Below are positions 57,052 through 64,000 of a stretch of DNA of 64,000 nt, one piece after another. The stretch comes from Candidatus Sumerlaeaceae bacterium (GTDB lineage Bacteria; Sumerlaeota; Sumerlaeia; Sumerlaeales; Sumerlaeaceae): positions 256,001-320,000 of the forward strand of contig JBMFRB010000001.1 of NCBI GenBank assembly GCA_049968255.1, in the 5' to 3' direction. Position 1 is the stretch's first letter. Each line of letters begins with the position of its first letter. A program made the position numbers and the translations under genes. Under the pieces are notes generated by a model that did not search any database, had not been told where the DNA came from, and worked only from the letters and a program-made list of their open reading frames with translations.

Positions 57052-59226
57052 ATGCCACGCAAGAAAAGGGCGGATTCATCTGCCTCCTTGTCTGAGCCAG
57101 CAGAAAAGCTCCCAGTCGCTGAACTACCGACACGCGATCGTCTAGCGCAGGCGCCACGCCTAAAGATAGTGGGACTCAATGCTCCGGAACCAAGAGTTTC
57201 GGAAGGAGCATTATCTGAAGAACATCGGGCTGGTAAGCCCACGCGCAGTGATCATGATCGTTTGGGCGATCCGTATTTTCGCCGTAGCACGCGCCTGCTG
57301 GATTTTCTTCTCGCAGTCGTTTTGCTCGTGGGCGCGTTTTTCTCCGTGGCTTTGACATATCGCGGCATTGGCCACTCGTGGGATGAAGCCCTTTATTTGC
57401 GACCCGCCGCTAGCGCAGGCCAGTGGGTCCTCGATCTTGCGCGCGGGGACACAGCTATGCTTGAACCTTCGGCAATTGACCAAGCGTGGGGACTTGAGGT
57501 CACGGGCAACGATCCGCTTCATCCCGAGGTCGCACCGATTCCCAAGGCGGTTATTGGGTTAGGGCTGACAATACTGAGCGGTTACGGAATCCCAGAGATG
57601 ATCGCGATGCGTTTGCCCATTGCTGTCGTCTTCGCGCTCACCGTAGCTTTGCTCTACATTTTGGGAGCCCGAACGTACGGCAGGCTGCCCGGCTTTCTCG
57701 GGGCCGTAGGCTATTGGCTCATGCCGCGGGTGTTTGGTCACGCACACCTCGCCGCATCGGAAACACTTTTCGCATTTACTCTCGTGCTGCTCGCTTGGTC
57801 TTACCTTGGGGCCATCAAGCACCCCTGGATGGCGGTGTTTACCGCAATTGCTTATGCCCTGGCATTTGACACAAAGGTAACAGCCTTGTTTTTGCCCCCC
57901 GCGCTTCTCATCTGGGGGCAACTCTATTACCGACGCGACTACGCATCGAATATCTTTGCGATGGCTCTGGGATCGCCTCTTGTTGCTTTCGCATTATGGC
58001 CCTGGCTGTGGTGGGATCCGCTGGTGCGCATTGCGGAGTACGTCAAATTCTATGCAACCCACCAGCACACGGCGGTTTTTTACATGGGGCGGATGTGGGG
58101 CTACATTTACGGTCCGCCAGCACCCTGGCACTATCCCTTCGTCATTACCGCAATTGCTGTTCCAACGTGGACCTTGGTGCTCATTGTGTTCGGTGTAGTG
58201 GCTACGTGCTTGCAATGTCGGAAGCGCCCTGTGCCTATGTTCTACTTCTTCATAGCTGCAACGATCATCGGAGTGTGCGCGCTTCCGAATGCACCCAAGT
58301 ATGACGGTGAACGCCTATTCTTTGGTGCCTTTCCGTTCCTGGCACTGTTGGCTGGCGGTGGATTCGCCTGGGTTTGGTCGCATCTGGAACGTTGGAGACA
58401 GAATGGACATGCACTCCTCCGCTGGGCAAGCATGTTTTGGCGGCTCCTTGCTTTTGTGATGATCGGCTGGAATATCCGCACACTCGCGAAGGTGCATCCC
58501 GACGAGCTGAACTTTTTCAATGTGCTCATTGGCGGGGCAAAGGGTGCTTACGAGAAGGGCTTTGAAACAGCCTATTGGGGCGAAGCTGTCAACGAGGATG
58601 TTATAGATTATGTGAACTCGCTGACGAAGCCAGGCACCAAGTTCAAACCTCTCGCCCTGAACGAACTCGTTTTTCTAAATCTTCAAGGATGGGGACTGCT
58701 CTCCGAGGACGGAATCTACGTCGCGGCAAACGAGCCTTTTGATTACTATATCTTGCAAGTGCGTCAGGGTTTTTTCGGCAATAGGGAACGAGCATTGCAC
58801 TTTGGCGCTAAACCTCTCAGGGTATTCGAAGGGCAAGGAGTGCCCAAAATCGAAATTTTCAGTGGCGATGCGCTCACGACGCGGGGATTGGTGACGGCAC
58901 GGTCGCCGCAAGCCCTATCACAGCCATCGCGCGCGACGGAGGACGAGATGCATTTGCTCACAGAGTCAACTGACACTGGAGCTTCATCCACAAGAAGCCG
59001 CATCGCGCGAGCAGATGAGGGGCAAACGACGGCCGTCTCTGCAGCAGCTGCAGCGCCAATTGTGACGACAAGCTCAACATTAGCGACAAGCCATTCTTTG
59101 GAGCAACTTAGCCGCCAGACAGAAACCACAACACCTCCGACACAACGCGCGACGACTCCCCCACCCCCATTGCCATCGCCGAAGGAGACACCCCATGCCA
59201 CGAACGAAATGCAGTTCGCTCTCTGA
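57052..59226 (+). CDS. GT-C fold (GT39/PMT-like) glycosyltransferase with S/T/P-rich tail
   Basis: SWDEALY motif, many TM helices, low-complexity C-terminus. Confidence 0.78.
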   Translation: MPRKKRADSSASLSEPAEKLPVAELPTRDRLAQAPRLKIVGLNAPEPRVSEGALSEEHRAGKPTRSDHDRLGDPYFRRSTRLLDFLLAVVLLVGAFFSVALTYRGIGHSWDEALYLRPAASAGQWVLDLARGDTAMLEPSAIDQAWGLEVTGNDPLHPEVAPIPKAVIGLGLTILSGYGIPEMIAMRLPIAVVFALTVALLYILGARTYGRLPGFLGAVGYWLMPRVFGHAHLAASETLFAFTLVLLAWSYLGAIKHPWMAVFTAIAYALAFDTKVTALFLPPALLIWGQLYYRRDYASNIFAMALGSPLVAFALWPWLWWDPLVRIAEYVKFYATHQHTAVFYMGRMWGYIYGPPAPWHYPFVITAIAVPTWTLVLIVFGVVATCLQCRKRPVPMFYFFIAATIIGVCALPNAPKYDGERLFFGAFPFLALLAGGGFAWVWSHLERWRQNGHALLRWASMFWRLLAFVMIGWNIRTLAKVHPDELNFFNVLIGGAKGAYEKGFETAYWGEAVNEDVIDYVNSLTKPGTKFKPLALNELVFLNLQGWGLLSEDGIYVAANEPFDYYILQVRQGFFGNRERALHFGAKPLRVFEGQGVPKIEIFSGDALTTRGLVTARSPQALSQPSRATEDEMHLLTESTDTGASSTRSRIARADEGQTTAVSAAAAAPIVTTSSTLATSHSLEQLSRQTETTTPPTQRATTPPPPLPSPKETPHATNEMQFAL

Positions 59227-60076
59227 TTCACAACGCCCAGTCGTTGCATTGCTCACGGACTTCGGTTGGGAGGGATGGTACGTTGGTGCAATGAAAGGTG
59301 TCATACTTTCCATTTGCCCGCAAGCACATATCGTCGACCTCACGCACGGCGTGTCACCGCATTCGATCGCTGAAGGGGCCCTTTTGCTCAACGCCACGCA
59401 GCGCTGCTTCCCGACCGGGACAATTTTTGTGGCAGTTGTTGATCCGGGTGTGGGAACCGTGCGTGAGCCAATCGTGGCCCAAGCTGATGGCCGAATATTT
59501 GTTGCGCCAAACAATGGGCTGCTTGGGCTCGTATTGGAGGGCGCAAAAGAATGGGACTGCCGCCTTATTTCTAACAAGAAATACTTCCTGGCACAAGTGA
59601 GCTCCACGTTCCACGGACGCGATATTTTCGCGCCAGTGGCGGCCCACATCGCTGCAGGAGTGCCCATTGAGAACATTGCCCCGCAGAAAACTGAGTGTTT
59701 TCGCTTGGCCGCGGCTACAGCATCTTATGATTGCGGCTACATCGAAGGCAACATCATCTATTTCGATCGCTTTGGTAACGCCGTCACTAACATCACCCGC
59801 GAATTGTTCGAGAAGAATTTCCCCACAAAAACCACTGGCAAGAAAGGCAAGAAAAGCAGACCTGCCGAACCGGCAATTCGTATCACCGTGAACAATTATG
59901 AGCTGACGCGGATCTGCAAAACATTTGGTGACGTGAAGCCAGGGGAACCAGTCGCTTACTGGGGCTCGATGGGGACACTGGAAATTGGAATTAACCTTGG
60001 CAATGCTCACATATCGATGGGCCTGCGCTTGCTGGACAAGGTCACGATCAAGAAAGTAGGCGAATATGTCGCGTAG
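59195..60076 (+). CDS. SAM hydroxide adenosyltransferase (DUF62 family)
   Basis: LLTDFG, DLTHGV, VVDPGVG, STFHGRDIFAP, DRFGN. Confidence 0.88.
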   Translation: MPRTKCSSLSDSQRPVVALLTDFGWEGWYVGAMKGVILSICPQAHIVDLTHGVSPHSIAEGALLLNATQRCFPTGTIFVAVVDPGVGTVREPIVAQADGRIFVAPNNGLLGLVLEGAKEWDCRLISNKKYFLAQVSSTFHGRDIFAPVAAHIAAGVPIENIAPQKTECFRLAAATASYDCGYIEGNIIYFDRFGNAVTNITRELFEKNFPTKTTGKKGKKSRPAEPAIRITVNNYELTRICKTFGDVKPGEPVAYWGSMGTLEIGINLGNAHISMGLRLLDKVTIKKVGEYVA

Positions 60077-61931
60077 ACAGGGGAAGGCGGTGCGTTCTTC
60101 TACCCAACGCGTAGCTCCCTTGTCTCAACCGATTCCCCCCCTTTATGCAGCATCCTCCGTTTGGTGGCGCCGCTTGTGGGAGTGGGGAATTTATCCAGCG
60201 CTCATCCTGCTAGTTCTTGTGTTTACCACTGTGCGTCCGATCAACGATCCTGATTGTTGGTTCCATTTAGCGCATGGCCGCTATTTTCTCGAACACGGGA
60301 AAATTCTGGACCGTGATATTTTCTCCCACACTGCAGCGGGGCGTGAATGGATTTCTTCGGGCTGGCTCTCTTCGGTACTCATGCAACTTGTTTTTGGGAG
60401 ATGGGGACCGACCGGCCTCACGGTCTTCGTCACTGTCACCGCTGCACTCATCTATACTTTTATTTACGTTGCGGGGTTGCGCCGTGGTGCAGGCGCGGAA
60501 TTAGCCACTGTCCTTGTGCTTTGCTCGATCCTTGCTGGCTATATGCGGTTCAATCCTCGGCCTGATTTGCTGAGCCTGGCGGCTTTGCCCCTTTTCTTGC
60601 GGCTGCTCCTTGAGTTGGATCGTTGGCAACCAGGAAGAAAGTCGGCGCCGGCACTCCTTTGGCTCCTCCCTTTTGTTATGGCGCTGTGGGCAAACTTGCA
60701 TGCTGGTTTTTTGGCTGGAGTCATCGTTCTATGGATCGCTGCGGGACTCAGCTTATTTCAATGGCCACGCTCAGAGGCGCGAGCGCTCCTGCCTAAAGTT
60801 CTGCTGATTGGCGGACTTACCTCTGTCGCGTGGCTAGCGAATCCCTACGGCTGGCGCATCGCGGGGCTTGCGGCAAAAATCCGGGCTATTCCGGGCGTGC
60901 GCATGCTCATTTTCGAATGGATGCCGCTGGCTTATCTACCTGGATTCAACTTGCCTTGGCCGAACTATGTGGGTCTGGCTGCGCTGGGTGGTCTTTGGTG
61001 GGCTTGTTGGAAATGTGGCAGGAAGGAGCGCAAAGCATGGCATTTCGCTGCTGCGTCCTTTCTCGCGCTTTTCGCCCTTTGGCAACGTCGGCAGGCGGGG
61101 CTCTTCGCGCTAGGAGTGCCCATTCTGGCCCTGCCCTCTATCGGCGCATTGCGGGCGCGGCTGGAACAACGTCGAGTATGGCTGCAAGGGGCAGTAGTGG
61201 CCGGGGCGCTTGCTATTTGCAGTTTGCAATACACGGGAGCGCTAGACATGGGAAACGGCCTGCCCGTGACAGGCGTTAATGCGAAGATGCTACCCTGCAT
61301 CCCCACCGAGTTTTTGGAGCAAGTGCCGGTGCCACAAAAACTTTTTAACAGTTACGGCATGGGGGGATACCTGCTTTATCATCTCGGGCCACGACTTCCG
61401 GTGTTCATTGACGGGCGGCTGGACGTGTACGATCCCCAGGTGTGGGCAGATTACCTCGCTGCCGAAGAGGGTGCCCTCAGCATTGCGGCAATCCACGAAC
61501 GTTACGGCGTGAATACTTTCGCGATCGAGACCCGCGATGCTTTTGGCGACCCCATTCACCTGGCCAACCGGCTCACGAAGGATCCGGCGTGGGCACTCGT
61601 GTTTTACGACGATGACTACGCGATTTTTGTGTTTCGGAATAAGGCTGCGGCGGATGTGCTCGCGGGCGAATTCCGCTTCGCGAATCCGTTCGAACCCGAC
61701 CGCTTTTTAGAAGCACTGCGGCGCCCTGGCGAGCGTGAGCGCGCTTTGGCCGAGCTGGGCAATGCGTTAAAAGTGTCCAACGGGGCCGCAGCAGCCTACG
61801 CCTTGGCTGCTCTAGCGGCAGAAGCAACAGGGCAACGCGATGCGGCGGCCCAATACCGCGCGCAAGCCTTCGCACGTGATGCCACCTGCCCATTGTTGCA
61901 ATGGAAAGCAGAGCCACAAAGTGGACCATAA
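60066..61931 (+). CDS. Multi-pass membrane protein, probable GT-C glycosyltransferase
   Basis: DPDCWFHLAHG, RP, LWANLHAGF, NPYG, FNSYGMGGYL, VFIDGR motifs. Confidence 0.72.
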   Translation: MSRRQGKAVRSSTQRVAPLSQPIPPLYAASSVWWRRLWEWGIYPALILLVLVFTTVRPINDPDCWFHLAHGRYFLEHGKILDRDIFSHTAAGREWISSGWLSSVLMQLVFGRWGPTGLTVFVTVTAALIYTFIYVAGLRRGAGAELATVLVLCSILAGYMRFNPRPDLLSLAALPLFLRLLLELDRWQPGRKSAPALLWLLPFVMALWANLHAGFLAGVIVLWIAAGLSLFQWPRSEARALLPKVLLIGGLTSVAWLANPYGWRIAGLAAKIRAIPGVRMLIFEWMPLAYLPGFNLPWPNYVGLAALGGLWWACWKCGRKERKAWHFAAASFLALFALWQRRQAGLFALGVPILALPSIGALRARLEQRRVWLQGAVVAGALAICSLQYTGALDMGNGLPVTGVNAKMLPCIPTEFLEQVPVPQKLFNSYGMGGYLLYHLGPRLPVFIDGRLDVYDPQVWADYLAAEEGALSIAAIHERYGVNTFAIETRDAFGDPIHLANRLTKDPAWALVFYDDDYAIFVFRNKAAADVLAGEFRFANPFEPDRFLEALRRPGERERALAELGNALKVSNGAAAAYALAALAAEATGQRDAAAQYRAQAFARDATCPLLQWKAEPQSGP

Positions 61932-62059
61932 AGAGAATTTCCTGCCCCGCTAAGCACAGAAAAGAGACTCCCCTGCTCGCTGAAAGAGGGCGACGCTGGC
62001 GAATGAGATAGAAGGCCCCGTGGGATGCTGAGCTGTTTGCTATGAGAGCTTTGGCCTTT

Positions 62060-62662
62060 TCAGATAACGCCCTTGAGCTGCGTCATCGTGGGGTAGTCCG
62101 GAGTGGAGATCTGCTGCAGATCTCGCTCGTGAAAAAAGTGGCGAGTACCATCCACAAAGGCCACGTCATAGCCGAACCACGGTTTCACAAGGGGTCGGAA
62201 TTGCACGATCTTGCCTATCTGACCTGCATAGCGGTTTTTCAGTTCGGGATGAACGCGCACGTACGTTCCAATTGGCCATGGCATACGGGCAGCCTTCTGA
62301 ATGCCGCGAGTTTGCCATTCGAGCTCGATGAAAGAGACGATGTTCGGAAAGCGGCGGAGCAACTCGTCTCGTAGTGCCTCGTAGCACTTTTCGCAGATGG
62401 CCACGTGTCGGTGCTGCTGATCTTTGATCTGAAAGCGCAGTCTTGTGATCGGCAGGTTGTGACCACAGTAAATGCAGTTTACACACTGACGATAATGGCG
62501 GCTTCCGGCCGCGGTTTCATCGATAAATTTTAGAAGCTTCGCAGCACAGGCGTCGCATGTTTGAGTGTGCCGCGTGAGAGCAAAATGCTCGCGCTGCTCC
62601 ATTGCCACAACGAGTCCCGGCACCGCCAGAGGCGCATTGCATTCAGCGCATCGCTTGTCCAT
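62060..62662 (-). CDS. Hypothetical multi-CxxC protein with SH3/KOW-like C-terminus
   Basis: CAEC...CDAC and CVNCIYC...CEKC; GGAG RBS before ATG 62662. Confidence 0.7.
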   Translation of the reverse strand: MDKRCAECNAPLAVPGLVVAMEQREHFALTRHTQTCDACAAKLLKFIDETAAGSRHYRQCVNCIYCGHNLPITRLRFQIKDQQHRHVAICEKCYEALRDELLRRFPNIVSFIELEWQTRGIQKAARMPWPIGTYVRVHPELKNRYAGQIGKIVQFRPLVKPWFGYDVAFVDGTRHFFHERDLQQISTPDYPTMTQLKGVI

Positions 62663-62929
62663 CCCCTTGACTCCATTCCTGACAATGGCGTTTCTGACAC
62701 CGCGCAAAGGCGCAGCACATTGCTTCGCCCACGGCCTTTCACCACGTGGACTCCATCCACACCACGAACCCGCTGCGGAATAGCAGGTTTCTCCCTACCT
62801 TTTCCCAACTTGGCAGGTTCCTTTTAGCAGAGCGACAAGCAAAAGCAAGCACAAAAGACGCTGGGTCGGGAGACGCGGCGGCAAGCATCCTAACTCTCTT
62901 TCTGCGAACCATCGGTGCGACGACTGCCT

Positions 62930-62960
62930 AAAAAAGAAGCGCCGTTTCATCGGCGCTTTC
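62930..62960 (-). terminator. Intrinsic terminator after pnp
   Basis: Minus strand AAGCGCCG-ATGAAA-CGGCGCTT followed by CTTTTTT. Confidence 0.7.
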
Positions 62961-63031
62961 AGCATTCGCTTGAACAATAAACTTAGCGACGAACCCCCCC
63001 GTGAGCTGGGGGACAAAACCGCAGCGAGGAA

Positions 63032-64000
63032 CTACTCATGAAGTTCGTCTTTGACGGCATCGCTGCTAGTCTCCGGCTTGGCAGCCTTGGACGGACTTTG
63101 GGGATCTTGTTTGCCGCCCGGGGCACTGGGTGAAGTCTGCCCGTGCTGCCCGCCTCGGCGAATGTCAATCTTCAGCCCCTGGGGTTGCCCAGCCCCCTGC
63201 TTGCCGCCGCCATGCCTTGACGACGAATGCTGCTCGCCACCTCGACGCTGGTGCTGGCCTTCGCGCCGACCAGAACTTTCGCCACTGCGATGAGACCCGC
63301 CCTCGCGTGAGAGCTTCCTGGTTTCGCTGTCGGGATACAGTGCTTGTTTGCGTGAGAGGCGAATCTTGCCTTTGTCGTCAATGCTAATCACTTTCACCAG
63401 CATCTCGTCGCCAATCTTGCAGACGTCCTCGACGCGCTCGACCCGGCGGGGTTCTAGTTCGCTGATGTGCACGAGGCCATCCTTACCGGGCAGGATCTCG
63501 ACAAACGCACCGAAATCTTCGATGCGGGTCACTTTTCCCGTGTAGAGTTGGCCAATTTCGGCCTCGGCCGTAAGATCGCGGATCCACTTGATGGCCCTGT
63601 CCATGGCCTCTTTGTCCGCGCTGGCGATGAAGACCTTGCCGGAGTCCTCGATGTCAATTTTCGCGCCAGTCTGCGCGATAATCTCCCGGATGACTTTGCC
63701 GCCGGTGCCGATGACGTCGCGGATCTTCTCAGGATCAATGGTGATCATCTCAATGCGTGGTGCCCACGGCTTAAGCTCGGGCCGCGGCGCTGGCAGCGCC
63801 TCGCGCATTTTTTCGAGAATGAACTGCCGTCCTTCTCGTGCCTGCTTGAGCGCTTTTTCCATGATATCGAAGGTTACGCCCTCGATTTTGATGTCCATCT
63901 GGAGGGCTGTGATGCCGTCGCGCGTGCCGGCGACTTTGAAGTCCATGTCGCCAAGGTGATCTTCGAGGCCCATAATATCGCTGAGCACAGCGTAGCGGTC
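63032..64000 (-). CDS. pnp: Polyribonucleotide nucleotidyltransferase (3' part; runs off the window)
   Basis: [16 protein letters not shown] domain ([10 protein letters not shown]), S1 domain ([20 protein letters not shown]). Confidence 0.97.
   Translation of the reverse strand, partial: DRYAVLSDIMGLEDHLGDMDFKVAGTRDGITALQMDIKIEGVTFDIMEKALKQAREGRQFILEKMREALPAPRPELKPWAPRIEMITIDPEKIRDVIGTGGKVIREIIAQTGAKIDIEDSGKVFIASADKEAMDRAIKWIRDLTAEAEIGQLYTGKVTRIEDFGAFVEILPGKDGLVHISELEPRRVERVEDVCKIGDEMLVKVISIDDKGKIRLSRKQALYPDSETRKLSREGGSHRSGESSGRREGQHQRRGGEQHSSSRHGGGKQGAGQPQGLKIDIRRGGQHGQTSPSAPGGKQDPQSPSKAAKPETSSDAVKDELHE

Noticed and set aside
59195-60076. Fluorinase or chlorinase
   Set aside because: The TFHGRD motif retains the His of the hydroxide-adenosyltransferase triad, and there is no halometabolite cluster context.

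Overview
GC-rich, gene-dense bacterial chromosomal window of mostly housekeeping genes from a diderm organism (Pal and ADP-heptose/LPS-core genes are present). Gene style and content suggest a deep-branching lineage such as Candidatus Sumerlaeota/BRC1, but that is an unverified inference. It encodes glgP, pyrC, rplU-rpmA, polA, asd, dapA, rplA, rpmE, recJ, mazG and the 3' end of pnp, tRNA-Pro(CGG), tRNA-Lys(UUU), RNase P RNA, PiT and Btu/Fec-type transporters, and several GT-C-fold glycosyltransferases. No CRISPR array, integrase or transposase was seen. Most notable: (1) two adjacent ~1200-aa secreted proteins (an M4 protease and a Cys/Asp-repeat protein) that share a highly conserved ~440-aa C-terminal module I cannot assign to a known family; (2) a divergent J-TPR/GrpE/Hsp70 operon with a non-HPD J-domain, a remodelled Hsp70 linker and a monoderm-type Hsp70 indel; (3) a sigma-54 promoter pointing at two uncharacterised genes next to an FHA-GAF sigma-54 activator; (4) rplA detached from rplK but retaining an L1-binding leader; (5) a LacI-type operator upstream of glgP.
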